DNA from: Squalus acanthias
Lineage: Eukaryota
Length of the DNA: 64,000 bases
Assembly (NCBI GenBank): GCA_030390025.1
Contig: CM059432.1
Coordinates: forward strand, 12,710,001 to 12,774,000
Direction of reading: 5' to 3'
Below are positions 46,893 through 61,744 of this stretch, one piece after another. The position numbers were made by a program, and so were the translations under genes. The notes below the pieces were generated by a model. The model had not been told where the DNA came from. It saw only the letters and a program-made list of their open reading frames with translations, and ran no database searches. The stretch's first letter is position 1; each line of letters begins with the position of its first letter.

Positions 46893-49409
46893 CTTTGTTA
46901 TATTTAAATAGCTCATATTTACCCGACTAGATGTGTTTATGAGACATAAAATATTGGCCATTGCCCTTCATTGATTATTAGCAGTAGATCCATATCTCTC
47001 TCTCTCGCTCTCTCTCTCTTCAGCTGGCATGATATGAAAATGACTTGCATGATACTTTTTCTCAAAGCAGTACTTCATGTGAACTCTAACAGGAGCATTT
47101 AGTACTTCTCAATCTGGTCCATGTAGTTCTGTGAACAGGGATCCTATCCCAATAGCCTGAAAATTTAGTTGAGTCCGACAATAATCTACATTTGTTCAAT
47201 TCTCATTTCTAATCCTCAACAGCTTCAATCTCAAGATGCTCCTCCTGCATCTGTATTCTAGTTTCCAGAGTTGCAGTGATTGCCTAAGTTGACTATTTTC
47301 TTTCCAAAGCAAATTAAACATAAGTCTCAGCACTTTTCTTTTGCATGGTATAGATCTTACCATCTCATGCTAAATAAGGAAAATGTCAGGACTTAAATAT
47401 CTGTTAAGAGTACATGAGAGTAGAAACCTAATAAGATTGCCAAATGCAAGTCTTCCACAGTAACGACCCAAGGGCTCCTCCAAGCATTTTTAACAAGATA
47501 TACTACCTTCTTATATTCCTCATAAACTTAGTGCTATGGCACATATGTTAGATGTGTCTAGCCTGCTAACATGGGACAGAAATGCTCTAGTTCATGGTAG
47601 CTTAGTCTTGTGCCTTAGCTACTCCTGACCTAATAATTTTTCCTTACCATTTTTCACAAGCATCCATGAGCCTATTTCATCCTTGCTGGTCTCAAATGAA
47701 GAATTAAAAAGGAATATAATGCATCATTTTGGATAATTTTCCTAGTTAGACTGGCCTTTTTGATTCATTTTTTTTGTCAATTTCTAATCATTTGTATGAG
47801 TTATGGATCCTCTATGCAAAGATCCCTTCCTTTTGAACTAGGCTAGAGTGGTTTAACATGGGACTTTTCCTGTGATTCCTTACTTGATGGGTTGTGAATC
47901 CAAGGGATGTAACGAGAGAGGTGAAGCACTTCCACACAGGGAGAGAACAAACCTAGTGGGTGAGTTAACTCAGTTCACCTATTAGCTGATTAACGGCATT
48001 TGCTTCAGCCTGGGAATGAGACACTTGCTGGCCCATTCAATCAGTGGGGGATCAATACATGCCTAAAGAGAGGAACCCCCAAAACAGCAAGCTCTTTAAA
48101 AAGTTCTTGCCTGCTATCATCCACTATTTTTGTTTGGAAAGTTAGTTTTTGAAGTCAATGGAATGGAAAATTGGGCAGGGTGGATAATGGTGCAGCCTAT
48201 CTGCTACTGCCTGTTTTGCGCCCTTGTCGAAATTTTACCCCCATATACTAATATCTGGGAAAGTGCAATCATGTTGTCAAAGATAAATGCCTTCTATGGG
48301 GTCCCAGAGTAGAGGTCAAGCATTTCTGAAAGTATATTTGGAAATAAATCATTGTGCATGTTATTTTCTTCCACGGTTCCTCTTGGGCAGTTTTAATAAA
48401 TCAGAGATTCCCCCTATTGTTGCCTCAGGGTGAGTACTTTATTTTTACTTTCACTGGCAATTATTATCTTGGTCCTTAGCAAAATGGTACTTAACAGGCT
48501 GCAGTCTGGTCTGTCTCATATAAACCATGGATTATTTACAGGAACATGCTCGCGATTGGTCAATGGTTCGTGCTCCTGCATGATGAACTACGCTATAAAG
48601 ATGACCCATGACTTAAAGGAGAAGGAAAGGGTAGGGAGAATGCTTTCAATATAATACAAACTATCTTAAGTATGTGAAAAATCGATTGAAAGTCTACCCT
48701 CTGACATTCAGTGAGGGGAAGGAGGATATAAGCTGTGTCTATAATACTAACACAGTTTAGCAACATTTGTACAATCCATTGCAAGGTCAATGGAGGGGAG
48801 GTTTTTACAGATTAGCTTGTACAGACTAGGAAATTCCCAGTTTGGAGATTTTCCTAATTTGGGTGTTTCTACTTCTTGTAAATCGTAAATGTTCAAATCG
48901 GGGTTCACAAGGGAATTCCAGTGAACCACAAGGCCATCGGATTTCTCTATTTTTCTGCATTTATTGAGTTGCTAACACATTATTTTTGATACTGTGTAAT
49001 AACAAGTCTATGTTGCGACTATTTTCCTTTGAGTACCTGTCAGTGGGATTCAAAAGTTAGGACAGGTGATCCCTGGGAGTGAGACAATATTTTCTTAAAA
49101 GTTGTCCAGCTGGAGTAAAATTAGCAAAATCTTAGTTGCTCAGCAACACAAGAAGGAGACCATCGGGCTTCCATCCAAAACTCAAACCCTGTTTGATATT
49201 ATGACCTCAATCGCCAAGATTTAGCAGTTGCCTGCTGGGCCGCTGGGTGGATTACTTCATGGAACGCCATCTCAGAGTGGGAAAACTGTCAAGACATTAC
49301 GTTTCCCGACGGTTGGCCACAGAAGTCACTGTTTGGCGTGGCTTTTTTTTGGAACAGTTTTCAAAAGAGGGATGAAATTTGACCTGCGTCATTACACTAC
49401 ATTTCACAA

Positions 49410-49930
49410 TAAAGAAAGACTTGCATTTATACCTTTCACGACCACCGGACGTCTCAAAGCGCTCTACCTTAGCCAACTTCACCCCTCATACCTACGTAGT
49501 TTGCTTTGTTTAGATTTAAGACCCTAGTTTCGGATTTAACTAAATCACTTTCAAACTCAATATAAAATTCTATCATATTATGGTCACTCTTCCCTAAAGG
49601 CCCCTTTACTACAAGGTCATTAATTAACCCTTTCTCATTGCACAATAGAAATGTAAGTCTTTCACGACTTCAGGACGTCCCAAAGCGCTTTACAGCCAAT
49701 GAGGTACTTTTTGAAGTGTAGTTACTGTTGTAATGTAGGAAACGCGGTCGTCAATCTGCGCACAGCAAGCTCCCACAAACAGCAATGTGAAAAAGACCAA
49801 ATAATCTGTTCTGGTGATGTTGGTTGAGGGATAAATATCGGCCCAGGACACCGGGGAGAACTCCCCTGCTCTTCTTCGAAATAGTGCCGCAGGATCTTTT
49901 ACGTCCACCTGAGAGAGCAGACGGGGCCTG
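49410..49930 (-). mobile_element. DeuSINE (49655-49930) with an extra SINE tail (49410-49465) flanking a CR1 internal piece (~49480-49650)
   Basis: Minus strand AGGTGGACGTAAAAGATCC...GAAGAAGAGCAGGGGAGTTCTCCCCGGTGTCCTGG; CR1 piece matches 10462-10512. Confidence 0.8.
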
Positions 49931-50275
49931 TATAATAGTGCAGTTACTGTCTATTAACACACGTATTGAATTTTTACCAATTTCTGTTTCATTCAATTTC
50001 CGCTCATTTAAAAACCTTGTAAAATTGTTTTGACACTTAACGAAGTTTACCAACATGTTGATTATGTAACTCGCATTAACATTTCTACAGCAAAGCGTAA
50101 CGTGAAATCAAGATATTTGAATAAAGGTAGCTTTCGTCCATAATATTTGATGAAGTAGTGCAAACAGAGCACAAGTCAGTGCACCATTTATATTGATTGT
50201 AATTTTGATCAATACTTAAGATGTTCCAGTAGTTGCAGCATATTGAACATACAAAACTTGATACAAAAGGATATA

Positions 50276-51158
50276 GGGGAAAAATTCAGTTGGTTGCGCC
50301 TCCCATTAGCGCCTTAAGAGGGCGCTAATGGGGCGCAAAGCAACTAGCGCCCGGGTGCGGCGATGTTTGCGCCGCTCGCGAAATTAACTAGACATTTTGC
50401 AGCGGCGCTAAACACTACCGCCACGATCTCCTGCGCCAGCAGATCGTGACGTCAGTCGAGTGCGCAACGCCCTGGTAGCACCCCGGAGCGCATATTGAGT
50501 GGCGCCCCCTGCCTTACCGCCTGCCGCTAGCAACAACAGGTTGAGTGGAGCGTTTTGCAGTCAGGAAGGGACTGGGGGAGCGCTATTTAAAGGCGACCGC
50601 TTGCTGCCTTTTATTGTTGGTGACATTTTTGAACCACGCATTCTGAGAGAGACTTCTGGAGAGATTCAACACTGTGTGAAGGAGTTTTGGGTACTGAGCA
50701 GCACTTTGCAGGTTCATTTTGATTTGCCCTTCCTTGTATCGATTTAGAAGAGACTGTGGGGGCTGCACTCTGAGCTCTTTTCCTGGGCCCTCTCCATTGT
50801 TCTTTCCAGCAGATTTGATGTACAGGTCTCTCCAGGCCGAGATTCAAGGCTGCAATGAGCAGGATGTGGATGGAAAGCAAGATCAACCCTCCCCTTTAAG
50901 AACTGGCCGGCGCCATTGTGTGTGTGTTCCATTGCTGACTGACCTCACATGAGCTTCGCCAGCGCTCTGAGGTAGCGCCTCGCTCCTCAGCCTTTGCGCC
51001 TTAAGACAGGTGTGAAGTGCCTGATTTAGCGCTCCAATCACCTCCAGGGGCGATAAAAGTCAAGTTTGCAGTCGGAGGCGATAATTAGCGCCAAGCGCTA
51101 ATCTTTGCGCCCGGCCGATAATTGCGCCCCAAATGGGGCGATACTGAATTTCTCCCCC
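50276..51158. mobile_element. PIF/Harbinger-type MITE
   Basis: GGGGAAAAATTCAGT/ACTGAATTTCTCCCCC TIR; ATA on both flanks; homologous to 15472-15981. Confidence 0.8.
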
Positions 51159-51939
51159 ATACTGTTCAAATATACATGGTCAAATAAAAAGCAGATATTC
51201 TGAATAAATAATTTGGTGGGTCAATATATAACTGGTATTGGGTTACAAGACTATAATTCAGTCAAGCGGTTGTCATTATCTAATTGCAAAAGCAATTTCT
51301 TAACATCAGCAGAACCCTGAGTTTGACTTACAGCCTTAAACCCACTACTATGATTTACAATTTACAGTATATTAAATATAATTGAAGGAGAAGGTGACGC
51401 CAGACTTTGTACTGTGCATGGTAATCTAACTCTGCGTGATCACCAAGTAATTTCTTTCCCCCAAAAGTTTGTTAAATAGTTACGATTTCAAAGCTTCTCT
51501 ACAGCACTGTTAGTCCTCCATTTGATCAGTGAAACAGATTATACTCCAGTGATAACAGCTAAAGAGGATTCCTTTGGCACGGGCTGGCTTTCTGCCATTA
51601 ATGTTAGTTTATTCTGTTCGTTTTTAGACCGATTTGGAACTGTCTCTTTTTATTTCCCTGAGAATCCACTGACCTTTTGTTCAACATAAGACAGTGAAAT
51701 GGTAACGAAACCGATAACCAATGTTTCAAATGTCCATTTGTACAAGACGTTGCTGACGAGTGCACAACAACAGGTTGTTGATTGGTCGGCTGGGAAGAAG
51801 TTGCAGATAAGTGGTCCGGATTGGTTGGTTGTTCAATGCACACCAGGATATATTACCTGGTCCTGAAAGAGACAAAGTGCTGACACTGACCTGGGCCAAA
51901 TTTTCATCTACAGCTTTAAATTACTTCTAAAGGTTTCCG

Positions 51940-52650
51940 CATATCCGCAGCGTAACAAAGGCCGCCTATTTCCATCTCCGTAACATCGCCCGTCTCCGCC
52001 CCTGCCTCAGCTCATCCGCTGCTGAAACCCTCATCCATGCCTTTGTTACCTCTAGACTTGACTATTCCAACGCACTCCTGGCTGGCCTCCCACATTCCAC
52101 CCTACGTAAACTTGAGGTCATCCAAAACTCGGCTGCCCATGGCCTAACTCGCACCAAGTCCCGTTCGCCCATCACCCCTGTGCTCGCTGACCTACACTGG
52201 CTCCCGGTTAAGCAGCGCCTCGATTTCAAAATTCTCATCCTTGTTTTCAAATCCCTCCATGGCCTCGCCCCTCCCTATCTCTGTAATCTCCTTCAGCCCC
52301 ACAACCTCCGCCCGCCCCCCCCCCCCCCCACCCCAAGATATCTGCGCTCCTCTAATTCTGCCCTCTTGAGCATCCCTGATTATAATCGCTCAACCATTGG
52401 TGGCCGTGCCTTCTGTTGCCGAGGCCCTAAGCTCTGGAATTCCCTGCCTCAACCTCTCCGCCTCTCAACCTCTCTTCCTCCTTTAAGACGCTCCTTAAAA
52501 CCTACCTCTTTGACCAAGCTTTTGGTCACCTGCCCTAATTTATCCTTATGTGGCTCGGTGTCAAATTTTTTGTCTTGTAACACTCCTGTGAAGCGCCTTG
52601 GGACGTTTTACTACGTTAAAAGCGCTATATAAATACAAGTTGTTGTTGTT
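51940..52650 (+). mobile_element. L2 LINE 3' fragment
   Basis: HLRNIARLRP...SRLDYSNALL...TPVLADLHWLPV; (TTG)n tail. Confidence 0.92.
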
Positions 52651-53546
52651 TCGAACTGGTGCTAATCGCATTTGGATGGCCAAGTGCAATAGTGCTCATT
52701 AAGGGTCATTTTCACCTTCACACTTGGACAGTAAGTCTGTTATAAAAACCACCCGATTTTCATGGCCTTTGAACTCAATGGAAGTGGAGGTCAGGCGGGT
52801 TCTATAACAGGTGGGTGAACAGCTCTGCCAGTTTACTGCCCAAGTGGTTGACTGTGTGAATTACCCCCAATCATCCATTCTTAAGCTACTTTGAATAATT
52901 ATTCACAACTCCAGATGGGTCTAGGGATGATACGAGTGGTGGGAGAGGGAAAAGCTGTGTGTACATTCAATTTAAAGGAATGGGGAGACTTAAAGGGTGG
53001 CGTCACTTTGGGAAGACCAAACATTCTGCAAGGTTTTGGAAAGCCTGAAAAGGCAACACAGCCCGTCAGTAGCCTTTGCCAAGGTTGAAGTGGCCGATCA
53101 AATTGAAGGAAAGAGGGAACTCTGTATGCAAGCATGATTCTGCAGACAAGTGACGGCGTAGCTTAGCTGACCTATTGGCTGCTAAAGTCAGGGTGATGCT
53201 GCAGGAGGTGTTTGTGAGGAGGGTTGCTCTCTTGTGACAGTCCACTTCACCATCCCCACAGGCCAGTGTTGCAGCATGGCCACAAGGAAATAGAGCCAGT
53301 TTCAGCCCATAGTTGATCATTCCTGTTCTTGCATGCGCCAGCCCTGTGCACAGCAGGTATCCTTGCAGCATCTGACTGTCTGCTGAGTGACACCCTGAGA
53401 AACAGGCCCCCATGTCATTCAATGTAGGTGTGCCAGGGCCTGCAGCAATGGTTTTTGGTATCTTACTGGTTGCAGCGATCAAGCTGTGCTTGTTCCTGAT
53501 CACCCTGGCATGCCTTCTTTTATGCAGTGCCGTGTAAAGCATGAAA

Positions 53547-53788
53547 TAGAAACACAAAAACATAGAAAAATAGGAGCAGGAGTCGGCCATTCAGCCCTTC
53601 GAACCTGCTCCGCCATTCAATATGATCATGGCTGATCCTCTATCTCAATACCACATTCCTGCTCTCTCCCCACACCCCTTGATGCCTTTGGTGTCTAGAA
53701 ATCTATCTATCTCCTTCTTAAATATATTCAGTGACTTGGTCTCCACAGCCTTCTGTGGTAGAGAATTCCACAGGTTCACCACCCTCTG
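53547..53788 (-). mobile_element. CR1 3' end
   Basis: Near-identical to 8287-8505. Confidence 0.9.
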
Positions 53789-55359
53789 AAATGTTCTGTT
53801 TGCTGGTGCTTCTGACGAACCTTTGATGGTTAGTCAGGCATTCACATCTTATAGTGATGGCATCAGGGTCTGCTGACACACCCTCCTTTGTGAAGAGGAA
53901 CCTCTACCAGCGCACCATCCGCCAAGTGAGATTAATTCACCTCTCTCTGCATGTGTAGGATATGGTGAGCCCGATGAGGGTTTCCCCCTCCCCCCCCCCC
54001 CCCCCCGCCCCACGTAAGGAAGCTGATCCACCAAATTTTTTTGTTGAAACACACAGTCTTTGAAGGTCAAGGACAATTTCTTGGCCTTCCCTCCCCGCTC
54101 CCCCTTCTCTATGATGGGGCCCAATTTTGCCTTTCTGCAGGCCAGTACGCATCACCTCTCTCAGCTACTGGCCTCCAGTCTTATGCCAGGTCCTTTCTGG
54201 GCCGTGGAAATGGAAACTGCCAGCATAGGGAGCCCCTGCCTCCAGCCTCACCCCCTTGGCGTCACTGGTCTTGTAAAGGACGGGTGGAGGTTCTTCCCTT
54301 TTACGAGGTTGACTGGGAGCTCCCAGAGCCGACAGGAGGGCCCAGTCGGCGTATCCTGTTTCCCGGGTACTCTGGTAGCCTGCCTGCAGAGTTACAGCTG
54401 TGGCTCTCACAAGGAAACACGGGGCTCATGCCTTCAGTAGTTAGAGCGAAACCAAAGAACTTATAAACAACGGCATTCACTTCTTGGCATCCTGCGACCA
54501 GGAAAGTTTGCTGGCAATGTCACGATATACATATGTGTTGCACATGTAATCTATAAGGACATGCTGTATGTTGCGTTCTGCACAAGCTGCCAGAAGGTTA
54601 AGGGTCTCCTATTTCTTACCATTTCAGCTCCATGACTCATGGATGATGAGCAGATAATTGCAAATTCCAAACAATACCTCATTTGCACCTGTATAAATAC
54701 ATTGCAGATTTATGTGGGGCAAATGACAATTTAAAAAAAAACGAAGCAAAAATGCTTGATGGCAAAAAAAAATCAACTGCAGCTGGCAGCTTTGAAATAA
54801 TTTCAATTGCATGGTTCAAAAAATAATACTTTACAGTAATGCTTTAAAGAAATGTAATGAAAGTACAGTACACAAGATCTAAGATGCAACAAAGAGGCAG
54901 AATTGCAGAACTTAACTGTACAGCAGCCAAATGGGCAAACAGTGGTCATCATTGAGAGACATAAATCCACACATGGGGCACAGGAGACTGTGGACAGATG
55001 CTGATGGAGTTGCGTGTCCTGAAGTAATTGTGGTCTGGGAGCGGAGGATGGAGTTAAGACTTCAATTGGCAACGATCTTTGATTGCATTTCAGTTATTCC
55101 AGTGAGCTAGTTTCCCAAATATCCAAATATAGTCCGGTTCAGATATTTTAGATTTGGGCTTCCATAACGAGGCAGATTTTGTCTTTACCTCGAGATCGTT
55201 AAGCATTTCCCACACAGATGGCAGAGAGGAAAATTAGGCGGGAAGGATTATACACCCATAGGTGAGCCCATCCAATATTCCTTCCACTTGATTTAATATT
55301 TTAGTAGACTCGATTCTATACATTTCCAATCGCAGCAGAGAAATAATTTTTAAAAAGCA

Positions 55360-56390
55360 TAAACCTAGAGCTATATAGCCAAAATAAGTCAGAGGAAGTC
55401 ATGTTTAAGGTGTACACAATGCTGTGGTCATACCATACCTTGAGTACTGGTTACTCAAGACACAAACCCTGGAGGCAGTCCAAAGATGAAACACAAGACT
55501 GATCCATGGTGTTAAGGAATTGAACTATGAGGAAACACTAGAGAAACGTGGGCTTGTCAAACTTGAAAGATGGTGACTGAGAGGAAACCACATGGAGGTA
55601 GATAGGTAATAAATGGTATAAGAAAAAATAAATCTGGAGCAGTATTTCAATCTAAAATGAGACTTTGTTACTTCTAGACTTGACTATTCCAATGCTCTCC
55701 TGGCTGGCCTCCCATCTTCCAACCTCCATAAATTTGAGCTCAACCAAAAATCTGCTGCCCATATCCTAACTCGCACCAAGTCCTGTTCACCCATCACCCC
55801 TGTGTTCGCTGACCTAGTCCGGCAATGCCTCAATTTTAAAATTCTCATTCTCGTTTTCAAATCCCTCCATGGCCTCACCCCTCCCTATCTCTGTAACTTC
55901 CTCCAGCTCTACAACCCTCCGAGAACTTTGCACTCCTCTAATTCTGGCCTCTTGTGCATCCCCGATTCTAATCGCTCCACCATTGGCGGCCTGTGCCTTC
56001 AGCTGCCTCGGGCCTAAGCTCTGAAATTCCCTCCCTAAACCTCTCCACCTTTCACCTCTCTCTCCTCCTTTAAGACACTCCTTAAAACCTACCTCATCGT
56101 CTGTCCTAATATCTCCTTATGTGACTTCATGTCAAATTTTGTTTGATAACGCTCCTGTGAAGCATCTTGGGACATTTTACTATATTAAAGGCGCTATATA
56201 AATGCAAGTTGTTGTAGTTGAGACAGTAGGATAAGGAGGATACAGATCCAAAACTAGCAAAAGGCAAAATTAGGACTCATAGTCAAGAGGTTCTTCTTTA
56301 CACAAAAACTGATTAAGACATGGAATGGACTTCTAGGTATGGCAGTGGGGGCGGGGGGGCAAGAAAACCGAAATCATTTAAGAAGCAGTT
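55360..56390 (+). mobile_element. Old CR1 fragment interrupted by L2 (55665-56220)
   Basis: Degenerate CR1 RT C-terminus on both sides of an L2 3' end matching 52040-52650. Confidence 0.75.
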
Positions 56391-57629
56391 GCCAAGATGG
56401 GGAGTCTGTAAGCTCTTTCTGAAAGGTATGCCAAAGATGTGTCTTTTCATAGAGACTGTCCCTTTTAAAATGTAACCTTAGGCTTTGGATTCAAATTTCA
56501 AATGATTCGCAGTCAAATCCAATGCAAAATTTACCCACAATCTTAAGTTAACTGTAAATCTAAATGTATCCATATATGCTCATCCCTGCTCTTGAAGTTT
56601 TTAATATTGGTTCCACAATGCCCTGGTTTTACGCTGGATATGTTGCTGAAGAATATTTACCTTGAAGGCTTTTAAAATTGCATTGCTACCCTCTGAGTCA
56701 CAGCTGACTTGAAGGGGACTTCAAGGGGGGCGGGGGGGGGGGAGAATTTATATTAACAAATGTGCAATTTTGACTTAGAGATCTGCAACCGAGCTATTTA
56801 AAGGCAAATTTCAGTTCTGGCCTGGCCAAATTTAGATTGGCTTCATTCTTTGGTCCAGTTCCAAACTCATTGCTAATCAGCAGTTTTCCATTTGTCTTTT
56901 TGCAAAAGTGCTGTATTTCTTTTGAGCATGATTTCTTTTGTAAAAATCAATGATTTATCACCACAGCTCACATAAATACTCATTCTGTGTAAAGCCTGGT
57001 AGAAGCTGTTTGTATTATGAAAATCACCATTGCAGTATAGGAAGAACCTCCCCGAAGTCACAAATGGACCTAATAAACAGGGCTTACTAATGTTCAGTAC
57101 CTTGTCAACTGTAAAATATGTCCATTTTGCTTTTGTAAAATATGTCCATCCTGGCATAATTCTTAACATTAGCAATAGTAACATTCGCAGATATTTTACT
57201 CATCAGGTTAAACTTTAATAGGCAAGCAACACATTGGTTCAGCCAAAGGTTCCACGGAGCATTAGATGAACTATACAAAGGCACATTTTAATTGGATTAG
57301 TCATGCTGCTGATTGCGAGCATCACGTGTTGACAGGCGCGAATTAAGTCCCTCTGCACCACGCAGGATTTGCGAAGACCCCCTAGATCCAACAGGTTTCC
57401 AGCAGCTGTCGCAATGCCCACTGAATGTTACCACAGTATGTCATAACACCAGCTTCACCAACCAGCTGCCCAGATCAGCAACAACTGAGCACGAAACAGG
57501 GCTGTCATTCGAGTGCTTGAGTTCACTGAGTGCGAGTGACTATACGTCTGAAAAGCCACCAAACCATATCAACACTCTGGTGGTTTTATAGGACAGAAGA
57601 CTCCTGGTGTCAATCATTGGTCCGGGTTA

Positions 57630-57975
57630 TAACAACAACTTGTATTTATATAGCGCCATTAACACAGTAAAACGTCCCAAGGTGCCTCACAGGAGCGTTA
57701 TATGACTCAATTTGACACCGAGCCACATAAGGAGATATTAGGGCAAATGACCAAAAGCTTGGTCAAAGAAGTAGGTTTTAAGGAGCGTCTTAAAGGAGGA
57801 AAGAGAGGTAGAGAGGCGGAGAGGTTTAGGGGTGGAATTCCAGAGCTTAGGGCCTTGGCAGCTGAAGGCACAGCCACCAATTGTGGAGCGATTAAAATCA
57901 GGGATACTCAAGAGGCCAGAATTAGAGGAGTGCAGATATCTCAGATGGTTGTGGGGCTGGAGGAGATTACAGAGA
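57630..57975 (-). mobile_element. L2 3' end
   Basis: Reverse complement of the L2 tail (AACAACAACTTGTATTTATATAGCGCC). Confidence 0.9.
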
Positions 57976-60900
57976 GAGCTCAGCTTAGCCTGGTTGGTGA
58001 TAGGAGGGCTACAACTGGACTCAATATCCGTGGGTTAGGGATTGGGAAAATCATCCAGGGTTCCCACCACTGACTGCTCTCCAGTGACCCTTGCTGGAAA
58101 TGCGCATATATGGATGTTGAGCTGGGGTCAGCTGTGATGACTGCCACAGTCAAACAGTCCGCCAATACTCACCATCAAGGTGGACAGATGAATAATGGTT
58201 ACTTGGGTGAGGTACCATAAAGTGAATGGTGCTTGAGGAAATGTACCCCAGCAAGGAGTTGATGCCCATCAGGAGAGGTGAAGGGGTAATTGGTGACGGG
58301 AAAAAATGGGGCAATTTGTCTGAGACAGCCTTGCATATATGACAGCATCGGCCCAGAAATTCGGGCGTGCCCATTTTTGGGTGCACAGAGGGGGCAAGGT
58401 ACATTCCCTGTGTCTGAATGGTGAGGCCCGAGGCTCCTTACACACGTTACAAGGTCTCCATTGGGTGTTTGGCAGGTTTTAAGGAGCGGTGTGACAGTGG
58501 CGGGTTCTCTGTTCATTTGGCAGTTAAAGTAGCATCACGGTCCTCTCTAAGTGATAGAACACCCCGATTTGCATATACTTATGAGTCAGGCAGACACCTG
58601 TGCGTGACACTGCGTTGAAATAGCTGTGGGGCGAGAAATGAGCGGTAAGTGTATCAGTTGGATTTTAACTCCCGTTCTGCCCAGTTTGTGCTGGGTGGAG
58701 TGAGTTAAAAGTCCCCCTATTGGCAGGGGATTGATCATAAATCCGCGTCAACTCAAGGGACTAGTCACAGACAGGACAGGAACTGATCCCAGTCGGGACA
58801 CTATTCACCGATCGAAGTCACAGATTTTTAGAAACAGATGGCAATTACAAACAGAGGGCAGGTTGCAAACCGAGAACTGATCATGACAGAAGTGACAAGA
58901 TACGACATTGGTCACAGAGAGGGGTCATATATTGGGCGACCTGGGGGGTATAAGTCAATGGAAAAGGGAAGAGCGGAGTGAAAAATGGGCTGCCGATTAG
59001 CTATCGCCCGTTTTGCGCTACCACCCCAGACACATTTATGCCCCATGTTCCAGACAGATGGCCTCTGGTAACAAGAGTCGTGTTGATGGTAGATGTAAGC
59101 ATTGTTGGCTGAATCCAAATATGATCTTTGAATTTTGAGTTTTTTTGCATTGCAATCATTCTTCTGCTGTAGTTTCATAAGTTAGAATATGTGTGGTCAA
59201 AAACCGTGGTTGGCCAACCTATCTTCCAGAATGATTCGAACGATCTACATTTAGAGACTTCTGAAATGGTCCAGATTCACCCAATTTAGATTTGATTTCA
59301 ATCCAAACAAAACTTTGATACTCGACCTACTACGTTGAAAGTTGAAAGCACCGTTGCTGCCCCATCTCCTGTACTCTAACTCATTCTCAGAATCTCAAAG
59401 GCTGAGGAAAGTCTTAGCTCCCTCAGTCTGCTCTCCCTCCTTTAACCTACAAGCTTTTAAAAGGCAGTATTGGCACCATTAGATCTTCCCTCACTTCATC
59501 TCATTTTCAACGCTGTGATGTCCCACACTATCCATAATCTAGATTTCTCAATTTCTAAAAAAATAAAGAACGGTACCGCTGATACAGTCTGCAGCTTACA
59601 TGCATTATAAATGTTGCCTTTAGGCTAATAGTTGACACTTAAGGCCTTCAAACGGCAGCAATGATGGCTTGTAATAACTTACTTCAAATAAAACCATCGT
59701 ACTCAATACCATGAGGAGTATAAATGTAATCTTTTTTTTTTATTGGTATGTTTAGCACTATATCAAAACAAGAATTTGTCTGTTATTTTATTGTTGTTCA
59801 AGTGTCTCGCCATATGGAGAAGCCTGCAAGCTAACATCTGGCAATGATAACCTTTGTTTGGTAAGTAGTCTGCATCCATCCAGATGAAAAATGAATTTTT
59901 AAGGATGTTCCGAGTTTCTGGCAGCCAGAAGGACACCCTGGGCTTCAAGTGAAATTGTCTGTCATTTGATCTTGCCATACAACCAGCTGAGATGAGTTAT
60001 GTTTCGCTGCTAGGAACCTAGAAAAAAAAATTGTTGAAGCTGTGCACTCACTTGCTGAATTGAAAACAAATGCCACAGCTTCTCTGCTGGGCTCTTTGAA
60101 ATCAAATTCTTTCCAGCTCTTCCCGAGGATCTCTCCCGGGAGACAGAATTGCTTTCCTGTGTCTGCCACTTTATTTGCTGTGGCAGGCTAATTTCTTTAA
60201 CTTTCTTCTTTCCCCCCACCCCCACCTCCCCTTTTCCTCACCCCAATCTCTGCGCAGGCTCCCATTCTTCTCGGCCACATCATAGACCCAGCCCCATGTG
60301 TTGAGTATCTCCTCTCATTGTGCCATCAACTTTAGGAGAATCTGTACTAATGTACTTGCTTATTGAAGCATTTTTTTTCTCAAAATAAATGATGTGTATA
60401 TGGAAGCTGCAACACGGTCTTGTATAGTCAACGGTGCTGATATAAATCTTTGGCACTGCACTGCGACAGCCCACCTGTAAACCCTGCAGCAGTTTTATTA
60501 GGTAATTTCAATACCATGTTTTATTGACTGCAATTTTTAAACTAAAGCAGAGAGGGGAAATTGGCCAGAGCAAATTTTCTCATTTTTGCCTTTGTTCCAA
60601 GGGTATATTCATACAAGAAACTGCAATTTTTTTGGGGGGGGGTGGGGGAGAGGAAGCACGATTCATTCCCATAAAATCTTTCAAGCATAATAATGATTTG
60701 GCATGGTCCGCAATCGAATCCATACAGCAATGTGTCCACGATTATTCGAAGCATAGCATGTAATCAGAGCTGCTGTTCTGGATTGCTTTATGTACCTTAT
60801 GTTATGCTGGCACTGATAGTTTTGCATGGTGTACTGAGCTGTTTAACAATCGTACAATTATGCGAGCCTTATAGCATTGCAACTATTGGATCGTGTGAGA

Positions 60901-61744
60901 TACAATGGCTTGGCCCTAAAAACATGATCAGCTGAACTCCAAAGAGCATTAATGAAGGCGCACAGGACAGCATTTGCAACACGAGACAAATCCTTCGCCG
61001 TGTGTCATTAGCTCCTGCCCCTTTGGATTGAGACAGGTGGGCAGATGTTTTTGGAGCTCTGATTCTTGCTCTTCTGCTGTCGCGCTTGATTCTCTGCAAA
61101 TGGGCTGCTATCCTTGCTTGGTTGTACAACCTGGTAAAACTGGATTTACTTTTCGGGCTGCCTAAGACGAGACTGAAAGCAGGAAACATAAGGATGTGGC
61201 CAACTTGCTGACCTATTGTCCCAGTAACATGGTAACCTTTCCACCCCTCCACCCGTGCTTTCACTGTCATAGCTATCATCTGAGCCATGAGATTAGATCA
61301 CTACCTTGAAATAACTCTGGGGCATGTCTTACTTTTTTAATTAACGATATGGTCAACTTTATGAAGTGATTTTATTCTGTGTTGTGCCAACAGCAGCTGT
61401 CATTGAGCACATCAGTTGCCATTGCACTCACTGACATTAATGCAGGATGATGTTCATGCTTGAATGTCTAACAATGTCCCATTGCAAGCTTATCAACAAG
61501 CAATTTTGAGTTGATTCCACTGAAAATATATACCGTATTGTACAATTTTAACAGGTACCAAAAGCAGAGTGCTAAATACCTAACTTTTAGCAGTTCTGAC
61601 AAAGTACAATCTAACAGTAAAATCTTCATAAATAAAATATTAGTTGCAACAACATAATGCACTTTCTTTATAGATAGACAACTCCGAATATTGTACAACA
61701 TTATGGGACACGTTTTGCAGTATGTAAAATGGTTCCTATTTACC

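Noticed and set aside
53066..54560. 174-aa and 141-aa ORFs; possible old LINE remnant or 5'UTR
   Set aside because: No motif I can name; left unclassified
57975..58200. Ancient SINE-like repeat (similar at ~21225-21450, ~42450-42640)
   Set aside because: Too degenerate to bound or name reliably
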